A model generated the notes under the pieces. The model saw only the letters and a list, made by a program, of their open reading frames with translations, had not been told where the DNA came from and did not search any database. A stretch of DNA of 64,000 nucleotides, from the NCBI GenBank assembly GCA_022813965.1, contig JALDZS010000132.1:1-64000 (forward strand), given 5' to 3'. How positions within the stretch are numbered: position 1 is the first letter of the stretch; each line of letters opens with the position of its first letter. Both the position numbers and the translations under genes were made by a program. Below are positions 25,140 through 37,502 of this stretch, in pieces. Source of the DNA: Toensbergia leucococca (lineage: Eukaryota).

Positions 25140-26591
25140 TCATGTCTCCAACCCACCCTCTCGCCTCTCATTCACATTCCGAGCCATCTTCTTCCCAATC
25201 TCATAGCTACTAATCATGATCGCGCACGCTGGCGCAACCTTCAAACACCGCGCCGCCCACCCGCGGAACAACCCTGCCGCTCCTTCCTCCTGCCATATAT
25301 GCCACAAGAACCGTGGCATCGATCTCTCTTCGGGCCGTAGATAATGCTTCTCACTAGTGGAAGAAATACTTTTATTTTGGAAAGGCGAGGACACTTGCTG
25401 GCGGGTTTTGCCAACGTCAAAGGGGGTTGTGACCAGGGAGGCGACGGCGCCCGAGGCGGCACCGGCGATAAAGCTGTCTATAAAGGTTGCCGTGTGGTTT
25501 TCCTTGTTGCGGGAATTTGCACGTAGTCTCGTCCTGCTGCCGTTGGTGTCCGGGGTACGACCTCTGCTTCGGTCGCGTGCGTCGGTGAGGGCGTTGCGAG
25601 TGGCCTCATAACCCCACCAATATATACCACTAAAGGGGACGTCGCGCCACATGGTCAGAGTGATGCCACGCCAGAGCGAAGTGTAACCCTGGACATTGAC
25701 CATTTTCTGCAAGCCGGCCATCGTTTCGCGGAAGACGCCGGGACCGCTAGTAGAGGTTGCGGCTTGCATGCGAGTACGGAACATTTCTATGGGGCTGATA
25801 ACACTGCCAGCGGCGACGCGGGCAATGGATCCGGCTATCAACGGGGCGTAGGCGTCGGGGATGCGGGAGGAATTCAGGGGACTGTGGGGGCTGGTGCGGA
25901 GGTAGTCGTAGCCGGAGAAGTAGATAACATTTCCAGGTATGGACATGAGAAGAGTAGGGGATAAGCCGCGCCAGAGTGAGGGAAGGCCTTCGTTGCGAGC
26001 GATTTTGCGTAGGCCGTCGAGGGTAGAGGTGAAGGTCTTAGAATTGTGGGTTTCAATTGCGCAGGACGATGGGGTTGTTGAGGCTTTAGGTGGAAGGGCG
26101 TTTATGGTTGTGGATATAGTAGGGGCGGTGGCCATGCATATAGGGCTGTTGTTGTTTAACCAGAATACTTCGCGGCAGCAGGCTGTGACGCCGAGGTTTG
26201 GGGGGAGATTGGAGAAGGAAGGGGAGGAGGTGCGGAGAGAGGACAGAGATGGGCTGGGTTGAGATTGGAGGCGTACACGGACGACATCGAGGGGAGTAAC
26301 TGAAGTGAGATGCGTTAGCTATACTTTTGTGGCATACAGAAAGGGCGGAAGGGAGCAAAGCCAACCAAGAAGAGACGTGAGGAGACTGCCTGATACCGCT
26401 GAGAGCATCTTCTGTGCGGCAGAGATATCAACCTCGGTCTCCGGCTCATCCATACTATTTGGGCCACCTATTGAGCTTCCATTTGGTAATCTGTCGTGCC
26501 TTTGGCCTTGTGAAGGACTGTCATTGCCATATTTTGCAGTGGCAAGCTGGTGCTCATCCGATTGCGTAGACTCTGACAGAAAGCCAGACAT
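25140..26591 (-). CDS. MTM1: Mitochondrial carrier protein, Mtm1/SLC25A39-40 type; intron ~26363-26300
   Basis: QKMLSAVSGSLLTSLL|VTPLDVVRVRLQSQ, with PX[DE]XX[KR] repeats (PIEMFRTR, PFDVGKTR), RDVPFSGIYW, KVAPACAIMISSYE and a Cys-containing loop. Confidence 0.92.
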
Positions 26592-26965
26592 TCAATTCTT
26601 GCTTTCTACTTCAAACCGTTGCTCCGGTCAGGAAGATGAGATAGTGGAAGGAGAGAATGACGTTGATGATGAGGGCAACAAAAAGTTGCCAACAATGATG
26701 AATTGTTGATGAGGTAGCTCGACTTTAAGATTCTGAAATTTCGCGATGCCCTGGATAGAATAGATAAGATTAGATTGCGGAGCTCGGATTAAAGATTACA
26801 GGGGGGTCGAGGCGTGGTGTAAAGATTGACTCATCGGCGGTCAATTTTTAGATTTTCACACCGGGCCTAGGGTGATTAATTAGCATATGACGATATTTCC
26901 CACGAAGTACTCATAACCCTACACCTAGAGTCTTTCCTTTGCCTCGTCTTAAAACTTGATTTGCC

Positions 26966-28574
26966 ATGACAGACCAAGTAAATACGGACCTCGAGAACTT
27001 TCGAAAACAATGGAAAGAAGAAGTCACGCGCTCAAGAGGCGCGCCCACAAGCCTCGATAGTAAACCCACCAGGCCACCAGGACCAGCCAAGGCGAGCAGT
27101 CATTCAAGCCAGACATATCCAACTACAGCGCTGCCTGCCCCAAGCGAAATACTCAAAGGCGATGAAGAAGAATACATCAATGACCTTGATGCACAGGACT
27201 GTCGTGACGTGGAGACCAACCGTAATACACGGCCATCCGGCGAAGACGTAGAAGCAACTCATCCAGATAATATTGGTAGTCGGGAGCCGCGGTCGGCTCT
27301 AGAGCACTATGAAAAGGCCGCAGAAAGGGAGACAGATGGTAACTTAGGGGACAGCCTGAACCTATATAGGAAGGCTTACAAAGTGAACCCCTTACCCGAT
27401 ACTTTCCAAAGGAGATCATGCTGATCGACCGTCACAGCTTGATGCCCGCGTTGACCAGATATACAAGAATAAACACTTTCCCCCTTCCTCATTCAAGTCA
27501 ATGTCCACCAACCTGAACCCATCCAATGCGGCTGTCACAGTCCCTAACCCCGCCCATCACTCCCTAGAAGGACCCCCAGCTTCCTCCACGGCCCAACTCA
27601 TAGCGTCATTCTCCTCGCTCTCAATTCTACCCGTCTCATCTCTACAGGATGAATTACCTCCTCCGCCATGTCCCATTTCTAAAATCCCCTCGGAGCTTCT
27701 CGTCGAAATCCTACAATACACCGCCATTGTTGACATCGCCTCCTTCGCACGCCTCTCTCTCGCCTGCAAACATCTTGCCTATCTTGTTGCAACGGAAGAC
27801 CAGATATGGAAACGTGTGTGTCTCGGACCTGAAATCGGGTTCTCAACCATGCATTACACCTGGACCCACTACGTCTCTGACACTCCCTTCCGTTCCTTCT
27901 CCGTGATCGACAGCCTCGACGATTTCCTCTCCAGGCTAAATCTCAAGCCTCTAAATATTCCCCAACCTTCGTCCTTTCCTTTATCCCTAGCATATCCAAC
28001 CTACAAGCACATGTTCCAAACCCGCCCCCGCCTCCGATTCAACGGCTGTTACATTAGCACCGTCAACTACATTCGTCCAGGCGCGTCTTCGCCTTCTCAA
28101 ATCTCTTGGAACACCCCCGTTCACATTGTGACATATTACCGCTACCTCCGTTTCTTCCGCGACGGGAGTTGCATCAGTCTCCTCACCACCACCGAACCAG
28201 CAGACGTCGTACACAACCTCTCCACAGAGCACATGAGTTCTCACAACCCTGTTATGAAGCATGCCTTGAGAGGCCGGTGGAGGCTTAGCGGAGGCGACCA
28301 TCTCGATGGTGCTTTGGACCAGAGCCAGAACATTGATGAGAGATTAGAAGGAGACGTTCATATCGAGACAGAGGGCGTAGGGGAGAAGTATACATATAGA
28401 ATGCACCTGGTTCTGAAGAGTGCGGGACGGACACGAGCAACAAGAAATAATAAGTTGGTATGGAAGGGTTTTCGGAGTTACAACAAGCTCACAGATGATT
28501 GGGCGGAGTTTGGCTTGAGGAATGATCGGGCATTTTTTTGGAGTCGGGTCAAGAGCTTTGGAATGGGGTGGTAG
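26966..28574 (+). CDS. HRT3: F-box protein Hrt3/Pof7 (FBXO9-like); intron ~27383-27438
   Basis: LENFRKQWKEEV, ALEHYEKA..RE..GNLGDSLNLYRKAYK, F-box ISKIPSELLVEIL, RPRLRFNGCYIS..NYIRPG, VTYYRYLRFF. Confidence 0.9.
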
Positions 28575-28956
28575 AGACGAGGTAAATGAATGGACTAGTA
28601 TCCATGACGAATTTGTAGTGCTGATCGATGGTGAGTTGGTGACTCGTGTTCCAAGCGAGGACATGATTCATAGTTCAACGAGCGAGCTTAGAATTGTCTA
28701 GTCGGACTGCATCTATGACATGTTGCCGCACTTTCTCCGAATGCTCGGTGTCCGGCTACACTAATCTAGCCATTCTTGCACTCTGTGCTTCATATTCGGA
28801 GAACGCAGGCTTCGAAGGAAATGCTTGCATCCGTTCCGCCAGTCTATGGTATCATTTTTCGTTTTCTCTTTTTTTGGTTTCGCAAGTGCAGCGCTGCAGG
28901 GTCTTTATCGCGCATTCAACTCTTTCAACTCTCAACGGCACAACTCTATTTCACTG

Positions 28957-30479
28957 TCATTTCAAATCAAGTTGGAATTGCTTGTATCTTGGGCTAAGGA
29001 TCTGACATCGAGGGCATGGCCTTCCTCGGTGGGGTTCGCTTGACAAGGCGTACACACAATCCGAACAGAATCCAGATATACACTCGGTACATGCATAGCT
29101 ATCTTTCAAGATACTGACTCGGTGGCATCCGGCACAGTAAATCTGTACAGGTCGAGAGAACGTTGGACTTGTATCGGAATTGCTAAGGCCGGAGGAGGGC
29201 ATGTGAAAATTGTGGCCAGACCGAGTGGATTCAACGGATGATTCCACGGACGGGAAAGGCTCAGCAACATCGTCCGGAGGCGGAGGCGTGAGTGTGTGCT
29301 GTAGCGGAGAGGCTTTATAGGCCTCAAAATGAGCGGCAGTAGACGGGAAAGGAGGAAGAGATGCACGTTTGACAAAAGGAGGGGACTGGGGAATCTGCGC
29401 AGAGTGAGTAAAACTTGGGGCTGAAATTGAAGGCAATTCATACAGGCGTCAAATCTCGATCGGAGTCTGCCTCGTTCGCTGAGGTTGCGGCTTCGATTAG
29501 ATCCTCCCACCGCTTTCCCATGGCTGCAGACGTGGCGCCTTGTGGTTCTGCAGAAAATGCTTTCCTGCCTTCGATGCTAAGCCTTCTCGCGAACTCCTTC
29601 GATTTGGTTCTTTCATGCTTAGGTTTTCGAGCGTTCTGAGTTATGGATGATTTGCGTTGCCTCGCAGGCTTTTCCCGTCTTTGTATCGGAGGAAGTGTTG
29701 AAGAGCGTCCGGGCGGAGAATGCGTCATGACGGAAGGAAGAAGTTCTCGAGGCCTAGGCGAGTGAAAGAGAGTTCTCGACTCGTGGACATGATTCTGTAT
29801 GGGCGGTCTTTCAACAGAATAGTGCATACGTGGTTGAATACCTTCGTGCTCAGAAATATAGTCCTAAAGACACGTTCATCAGTCAAGACCATGGACTTGG
29901 AATGGGTTTCTTCTCTCGTCTGCAGATTCATACCCCTTCAGACTCCCAGTCCGAGTCCGGCCTGTGATTATGGAGCTGCGCAAGGGCTACAGCCGCCGTG
30001 GCGGCGGCAGGATATGCATCTTCCAAACTTCTTGAGGGTGGAGGAAATGTGCGGTCTCTTTGATGGGCATCTCTTTCATATCCGTACACTAGTAATATCA
30101 GCATTGATAATCAATTGACGGGATGCATCGGCTCACCGGAGTTTTCCAACGGTTGACTTGGAGGCGGTTGAGGTCGCTCTGAAGGGGGCGTATTAATCAT
30201 AAGCTGAAAGCTTTCCTCGGTGGCAGGAAGTTTGGAAATGTAATGGCCTGGGTGGGCCCTTCGAATGTGCTCTTGCATTGAGCGATAGCGCTTCTCCTAC
30301 AAGCAATCGCACGTCACCAATTGTCTCACCTCGTCTGGAATTGGTTGTATTCTGAAGGCACTCACGCCGAGGCAGTGTTTTCGACAATTGGAGCCATCAG
30401 AATTGGTCAATGGACAGACAACCTCATGGCTAGTATCGGTAGCTGGAAGAGAGCTTGTGATTGAGGAGCGAGGTGGCAT
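28957..30479 (-). CDS. Fungal zinc-finger protein (N-terminal C2H2-like, C-terminal RING/PHD-like Cys cluster); 4 exons
   Basis: VVCPLTNSDGSNCRKHCLG|EKRYRSMQEHIRRAHP, KRWEDLIEAA, C-terminal CAGC...CTECISGFCSDC...CPRC. An alternative ATG lies at 30491. Confidence 0.8.
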
Positions 30480-31466
30480 GGCCTGCTGCATGTAATGGTC
30501 GGGCTCGGCAGGGTCAAAGAAGTGTTCCAGGCCCAATAGAAATGATTCTAATGATCGTTCAAAGTCCAAAACGATCAATTGGTACACAGCAATTTTATTC
30601 AGCTGTACATAAGATATGTGCGTGTGGCTACAGCTACGATCATTACATTAGTACACCTACCTCTGCTACCCTGTTAGTGTTGGTTATCGATTAGGATTTG
30701 GTGGGGTTTCCTCGGTTCAGGGCTGAGGGCGAGGGGGCTTCTCTTCTCCCAGAAAGGGAGCTAGGAGTCAGGTTCCTGTACGGAGTACTGGACTTGACGA
30801 TTCGACGACTCAACGACTATCGATTCGTGAAGATTATGTAATGCATCTGCTTAACTTGGTTAGATTCTCTGGAGGCCGCTGGGTTGAGACGCAGACAAGC
30901 TGAACGCTGCTGCTGAGATATTCTACGCAATGGATCATAGCTTTACAGCGAAAAGGCTGCAAAATTCCCCGCCGGCTTGAGAGAGCTGCTGTAGATCAAA
31001 ATCTGCCATCAACCTGTAGACAACTTCAGCATTGTTGACACTGGTTCAACAATGGCATTCAACGTACTCGGTACGATGTACTCTTTCCCTTGTCCCTGAG
31101 TGGCTGCTTCTTAGTTCTTACGAGTATGTCAGGCCGGCTGGCGTATTGGCGTATTGGCGTATTGGCCGAGGGCGTATCGTGGCTCCGGCTCTACTTGCTC
31201 CTTTTTTCCTTGGCTTGTGCTGTCGGTGACGACACGCTAGCTCGAGGGTCTGGGCATCACGCCACAAGAAAGCGAATCTGCCTTCTGATTGGCGAGAACT
31301 TCAATTGCTTGTTCTATTTGAGGTTCGAGCAACGCTCATTACCGTCGCCTACTCCTGATTACGACTATCTGCTGTCAATCTCGACAACAGCCGTGTGTCG
31401 ACTCCATCGCCATGTTGACATATCCACTTTCATTGCATTTGGTCACTCGATAGCCTAGACTTGACT

Positions 31467-32654
31467 ATGTCTCTAACTATCAGGCATCTGAACGGGGATT
31501 CCACTTTTCTCCTCACCTTTTCGCCCGTCAGTCCGTGGCCGTTGTCTGCCGATGCCCACAGAACTCCCGGAACCTTCTCTATCCTTCTCGATCCATGGCT
31601 CTCTGGACCTTCCAAAATTTGGCATCCCAAATTTGCACTTTCCAAACACACCATTCCCTCGTGCATTCAGCACCTTTCCGAGATCCCCGAGCCAAACGTC
31701 GTCCTTATTTCCCAAGACAAGCCAGACCACTGTCACGAAGAAACCCTTCGACAATTGAATTCGTCTTCCAAAATCACTACCATTTTAGCTGAGCCCGCCG
31801 CTGCGAAGAGAATCAGAGGATGGAAATACTTTAGCACCTCAAGCGTCTATGCACTACCTCCGTACTCGGAACGGAAACATGACTCAATGATCCGCTTTCT
31901 CATTCCCGGATCGACACCTGCTGATAATCCTGGTGAAGCAACAATCGCTTTTATTCCTGCCAGGTACGACATGACGGGTTTGCATAACGCAGTTGGCATC
32001 ACCTATCGTCCACCGTCATCTACATCGTCCTTCGATGCACACCTCTCAAATCTCTCATCGCTCTCATATTCATCCACCAACACTCCAGTAGAGGGCACCG
32101 GCTTAGACGACCTTCCCCTGACACCACCAGACTCCCCCAATCTAAGTACAGGCACACTCTCCACCTCTCCCACAACAACAACCCTCTCCGCTACATCTGC
32201 AACTTTCTCATCTATCAGCTCGAATAGCTCGTTCTTTCCAAAATCTCGTGCGGGCCGCGAGAAGACTCTTTCTCTGATATACTCCCCACACGGCGTCACA
32301 TACTCTCTCATCCGCACTTACGCGTCCTCACATCTGGTCAAGGCCGCCGCCCTCCCTTTGACCGCACTCTTACATTCCTTCGACCGCGTTCAAAACCCCT
32401 GGTATCTAGGCGGTAATATCAGCGCAGGCCTACCCGGAGGATTGGAAATAGCCCAGAATCTTTTGGCAAAGTGCTGGGTTAGCGCCCATGATGAGGAAAA
32501 AGAGGACACCGGATTTAGCGTGAAGAAGATTTCTTGCAAGAAATACTCTGTTGAACAGGTTCAGGAAATGGTTAAGCTAGGAAGTAGATGCGGGAAGGTC
32601 GGAATGGAGGTTAGGGTATTAGGAGTCGGCGAAGAGATGGTTCTTCAGGCATAA
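31467..32654 (+). CDS. Metallo-beta-lactamase-fold-like protein
   Basis: IRHLNGDSTFLL, ILLDPWL, VLISQDKPDHCHEETL, IYSPHG, WVSAHDE motifs; single exon. Confidence 0.78.
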   Translation: MSLTIRHLNGDSTFLLTFSPVSPWPLSADAHRTPGTFSILLDPWLSGPSKIWHPKFALSKHTIPSCIQHLSEIPEPNVVLISQDKPDHCHEETLRQLNSSSKITTILAEPAAAKRIRGWKYFSTSSVYALPPYSERKHDSMIRFLIPGSTPADNPGEATIAFIPARYDMTGLHNAVGITYRPPSSTSSFDAHLSNLSSLSYSSTNTPVEGTGLDDLPLTPPDSPNLSTGTLSTSPTTTTLSATSATFSSISSNSSFFPKSRAGREKTLSLIYSPHGVTYSLIRTYASSHLVKAAALPLTALLHSFDRVQNPWYLGGNISAGLPGGLEIAQNLLAKCWVSAHDEEKEDTGFSVKKISCKKYSVEQVQEMVKLGSRCGKVGMEVRVLGVGEEMVLQA

Positions 32655-33113
32655 ATATGGGCAGGGATGTATATGGATAGGAATTTACTGGCGTTGCGAC
32701 AGTGGAGATAGGAAACGGAAATTAACACGTGAATTCCTGGACTACAGCATAGCGAAGGCGCACCTTTTGAGGGAATGGGATGGTACATACATCTGGAACA
32801 GATGGAGGGAACGATATATACGACAACGGATATGTGGAATAATGGCTGGTTTTCAGCGACTGCTAGCCGTGATGATGTAGGAAAGGTCTCGTGGACCAAG
32901 AACTTGTCTTTACCTATAATTCCATAAATGCTTGCAAGGTGCGGTTTTCCCCTGCATTTTACTATGCAAGAAGCATCCACCGGTCGCTGACTATGCCAAC
33001 TATTCCCTGTCAACATGCAATAAGTAACCCTCTATCTCCTTGCGCCACCATTTCTTTCAAAACCCACCCACAAGTCAATCACTACCTCCCCCCTTCCCAG
33101 CTCTGCCTCCTAC

Positions 33114-34571
33114 TCAAACTCTCCGGGTTCCACATACCCCACACAGCACACAATCGCTCACGTTCACATAGGCGCTGTCGTTGCAGCTGCGGCTCTGGCA
33201 GCGCCATGTGCCTGGCACGCGGCTGGGATCGAGGACGTGGGCGCAGAGAGGGCAAGTTGGCGGGTTTGTTGGGGTTGGGGAGGTGCACAGGGGGCAGGTG
33301 GAGGGTTCGGTGGAGAAAGAGGAAGGGTTTGTGGGGTGTGAGAAAGGGGTGATGGTTTCGTGGGAGAGGGGCAGGGAGGGTTCTTGTTCTTCTTCTTCTT
33401 TGACGAGGGGGTTGGCTGTGCAAGTTGTGTTTTCTTCGGCATGGCGGCGTCCAGGCGATTTGGACGCAGATTCGATGTCGTGAATGTCTAGTGGCTCTTT
33501 TTCGACATGAGCGCCAGCTGTAGACATCCCTGCTTCCGCGACACGGCTTTGAGGGTCCCGGGCCGCGAACTCGATGTCGTGGATGTCCTGCAGCTCTTGC
33601 ATCTCTTGTTTGACGTGTATGTCGTCTTGGTCTTCGTCTTCGCAGACTTTGATCATTCCTTTGCCCTGCCCGTCCAGCAGCTTCGATCCATCCAGGTCAA
33701 CGGCGTCGGTCTCTCCAGCCACATCGTCAAACTCGCTCTCGGTTTCGCCATCGCTCTCAAGCCCTTCCCCGTCATTCTTTACCTTTTCTTCCTTCTGAGC
33801 CTCTTCTTCCTTCGCTACACCGAACCTCGCCAACGCGGCCGCAGCTCTTAATTCCCTCCCCCTAGCACTCCCTGCCACCCTTGGTTTCCCTTTGGGCTTC
33901 TTCCCCTTTTCCAGCTTCACCTTCGTCTCAGCATCATCCCCCAATGCTACTCCGTTTCTTCCAAACTTCCGCTCAATCCTCCTCTGCTGCTTCTCCGCAT
34001 ACGTCAACTCATCCTTGCCCGTACCTCTCTTCCTCTTCCTCCCTCTCCCACTCCTAAAAGTGCCACCGCACAAACTCCTCGGCACAACCTCGCTCTCCCC
34101 AACCCCGTTCCCCTCATACTCCTCACTCAAAACCGTCTTTCCCCTCCCCCAAAATCCATCCCCGGTATAGCCCCGCCCCCACAAGCCCCTCAACTCCTCC
34201 GCGAACCCATTCCTCACCTTCCAAAACGCCCCCGAATGATTCATCTGCACACAATGCGCCAACTCATGCATCATGACCATCTGCACGCTGCGGAAACTGA
34301 GCCAGTGTCCACTGTGTGGCGCGCGCAGCACCAGCTGGATCACCTCCCCGGCGTTGAAGTTGCGGCCGACGAATTCGCGGTTCGGTGGGAATTCTTCGAG
34401 GGAGGTGATGGAGAGGTGATGCGTCTTCATTATAGGGTGGCACATGGCAGCGACGCGTTCAAGGAAGTCCTGAGCGTAGGCGGAGGTGAGGCCTGGGAGG
34501 GGCTTGATGAAGAGGATGCAGGAGTTGGGCTGTTGGTGGCGAGCGTTGATACGCTCGATGCCTAGAGGCAT
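33114..34571 (-). CDS. WLM-domain (Wss1-like) zinc metalloprotease with C-terminal zinc fingers
   Basis: LEEFPPNREFVGRNFNAGEVIQLVLR, HELAH..MNHS..FW (HEXXH plus third His), RELRAAAALARF, C-terminal CPLC..CPLC and C..C..CVLCGVC. Confidence 0.9.
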   Translation of the reverse strand: MPLGIERINARHQQPNSCILFIKPLPGLTSAYAQDFLERVAAMCHPIMKTHHLSITSLEEFPPNREFVGRNFNAGEVIQLVLRAPHSGHWLSFRSVQMVMMHELAHCVQMNHSGAFWKVRNGFAEELRGLWGRGYTGDGFWGRGKTVLSEEYEGNGVGESEVVPRSLCGGTFRSGRGRKRKRGTGKDELTYAEKQQRRIERKFGRNGVALGDDAETKVKLEKGKKPKGKPRVAGSARGRELRAAAALARFGVAKEEEAQKEEKVKNDGEGLESDGETESEFDDVAGETDAVDLDGSKLLDGQGKGMIKVCEDEDQDDIHVKQEMQELQDIHDIEFAARDPQSRVAEAGMSTAGAHVEKEPLDIHDIESASKSPGRRHAEENTTCTANPLVKEEEEQEPSLPLSHETITPFSHPTNPSSFSTEPSTCPLCTSPTPTNPPTCPLCAHVLDPSRVPGTWRCQSRSCNDSAYVNVSDCVLCGVCGTRRV

Positions 34572-35763
34572 GTTGGCGGCTGGAGTGGGCAAGCCCAGAC
34601 TTGTTGTTGTTATTCAGTTCATCGCTGATGGAGAAGTTTTCTTGGTTGTGATGGGTTTGGCATAATGATTGGCGAGGCGAAGTTCGGTGCCCTAACCTCG
34701 GCTTAGGGCTTGTCTGTCCATGAAGGGACTCACTACGAAAGCGTCGTCTCCTACGTGAATCTCATCTTCTAAACTATCGTCTGCTGGGCAATGAATCCTA
34801 CCTAGATTGAGATACTAGGCATCAAGAGTGATAAAACAATCGATTTAAAATGTTATTCAATGATCTCAGTATCAAATATCAAGTTTGACCCGGATTCTGA
34901 CAAAAGTTCCTCCCACTCTTAGTTTACTCTTAAGAGATTCGCTTAAGCCGCTGCGTGGAAAGCATTTTTCCTTTTATGCACCTGATATACTGGTCATTGA
35001 AGACTTTGCTGTTGTTTACTCGAATAACGCAGAGATGCCCAAAGCAGTAATTGGCTCTAGCACTACTATGCCATAAGCGCTCGCCTTTTGACATTTGGGT
35101 TAGCTCTATTCAGCTTGATTTCACTCAAGGTATGGCTAGGTAAATAGCCTCACCAAGACTTGCATTTGATAAGTCAGGGACAGGCAAAAGCCCGGCCTTC
35201 CTTTCAATGATGGCCTATCTATCGCTGTTTCTTTCCGAGTTCTTTGTAGATTATGAAGGTTGCGGCGGCGATATTCAGCACCATGCACGCTCAAATAGGA
35301 GTATCAATCAAGCACTCTGAAACGCGTTTCGCATCTGTCATGTTCCATTGCCTTCAATGTTTGGGACTGAGAACATTGAATGCAGGAAGAACCAAAGAGC
35401 CCAGGCCACTTTGGTCACCTATGTCGCGGAGATATTAAGGCGCTCATGCATTTGTGGAGGATTCAAGGAAGATTTAGGTTCTCACTTGAAGGCGATTTTG
35501 CTGGGCTTTTGGCGATTTAAGAATCTTTTAGGTTTCGACCGGTAAGATTTATCAAGAGGCCCGATGCTATTAGAGGACCAGTCGAAATTGTTGGCTCCCA
35601 AAGATTTTCGCTGAGCTAGAATTCCCCATTGCCAGATCCTAGATTGAGATGAAGCAATAGCTTTGGGAGAATGCCAATGTTTTCCGAATAATGTCCGTGC
35701 TATAACCGAGCGAGTCTTGAATGCTAAGCATTAAGTACAGCATTTCCTGTAGGTTGTTGTTAT

Positions 35764-36661
35764 TCAAGCATAAAATTTGAGGCATCTTCCTTCATCGTGG
35801 GTAGTCTTGCACTCAAGCCCACAGACTCTTGCGCCACATTTCATGCATTTGATAGTCCCCCAGTAACCACATATCTCGCAGAAATGTCTTGGGGGCTTTC
35901 CAGAAGAAGGAGGAGCCGCACGTGCGCCGTTATAGGATAAAGGCGGGGCAGAGAGTAGGGCTTCCATTGTAGCTTCAGACGGTGCAGATGGAACGTAGGA
36001 CTTCAATAATGGATCAACGACATCTGATTCTTTTTCTAGAGAAGGTGGAACCACGTCTAGCGGCGAGCGTGTCGAAGCAATGGTAATAGATGTAGTCGAG
36101 GCAACTAAAGGCGTGGAAATTTTCTCGGATAACGAAGAGCGCTTCTGTTGCACTGATGGCGGTTTAACCTTTGGTACAAGAGAGCGAGGCGTGGAAAGAC
36201 CAGGGGCAGGCTGTACTTGAGCAGCAATTGCAGCTTCCTCATCAGCAAGATGATTTGCAAAGGTTTTCTGTGATATGAGTATACGTCGAACGTTTGGCGT
36301 TATTTTGCTCTTGGACGCTAAGACTCCAGTCAGATAATCAAGTACCGGGCAGGACTGAACGTAAGGATAGCGAAGAACTAAGGCACTGACATCTAGCAGC
36401 AGTATCCTTTCCTTTGGCAGAAAGCGAGATTTGCGCGTCCCGGTGATTATCCTTGTCAAGCTCTGCCAAATGCTTCAGGACGGCATTTTGCTGCCTTATG
36501 GAAGTGTCGCCGCCGGCAAAAGCCGACGATCTTGCAGCACGCTTTCGGGCGCCTGAAGGCTGTATAGCAGCTTTTGAGGGATCATATCCGGTGTCAGGGA
36601 CATAGGCCCAGCCAGGCGCGGACATCGAGGTGGAATTTGGGAGGACTTCGATTTGAGGCAT
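35764..36661 (-). CDS. VPS71: HIT-type zinc-finger SWR1 complex subunit Vps71/Swc6; intron ~36390-36319
   Basis: PGWAYVPD, LAELDKDNHRD, TPNVRRILISQKTFANHLADE, CEICGYWGTIKCMKCGARVCGLECKTTHDEGRC. Confidence 0.88.
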
Positions 36662-37155
36662 GATTGATGAAGAAGGCCAATGTCACGTTTGAAGTTGATA
36701 TCGGGCTTCGGACTGCTCAATGTTAATATGATATTCAACGTAGGTTGCTAGTTTTTTCAATATCTCTGGAGAATGACTAACTGCCACTTGTGTGAACTCG
36801 GTCAAAATTATAAGTATGGGGCTGCAGAGGTGTCATCGAACGTCTCAACACTCGGGATGACGAGAGTGAAGCTGCTCAGGCAGTTTTGGGGTTTGCTATG
36901 TGTTCCACTCAAAGTGCAAACAAAGAAAACACTGGATGCGTGCATAAGCTAAGTAAGGAATTTACTCTATCCTAGAGTAGAATAAGCGCCCTCGGCGGCA
37001 AGCGCAATACCAATCAGTACGACGATGATCCGTACGTTCTCCCGGTCAATACTTCCACGTATCAGCAGAATCCACAGTTGAGCTGTTAACTCCTCGGTGA
37101 TGTTCAAGTTGTGGTAAAAGAGTGCAAATTTGCCCAAGTCACACGACTTGGCGTT

Positions 37156-37168
37156 CCGCAAAAACCCG
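37156..37168 (-). promoter_or_regulatory. AIM-type element CGG-N7-CGG upstream of alternative oxidase
   Basis: + strand CCG caaaaac CCG, ~335 bp before the AOX ATG. Matches the AOD2/AOD5 (Neurospora) and AcuK/AcuM (Aspergillus) site. Confidence 0.65.
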
Positions 37169-37502
37169 AGACTTCTCTTTTCGTACTCTGTATGACTGTA
37201 CTCCAGAGTCCGTACACAGCCTCACACCCTTGTAGCGGTGTAAGACATTCTCTTCTTGCATTTGTTTGTCTCTGTTTACTCGTTACGTGGCGAATATTAT
37301 TCCGCGTGGTAGAAAACTTCTCGGTCCGTTTCTTATTCGAGCATCATCCATTACTTCGATATATCTAGGGAGGCAACAGGCCATTCTATGATACATCAAC
37401 TGTTACCCAACACACATTACCTATACAAACTTTCTGTCCAAACAATATCTCATTGGAACAAGTGCACTAAATTCAGCAAGACTACCTAAGAATTAGCTTC
37501 AG

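Noticed and set aside
29398..29443. Apparent frameshift between adjacent ORFs of the zinc-finger gene
   Set aside because: Explained by a normal GT-AG intron; the same holds for the split ORFs of the kinase, HET and UNG1 genes.
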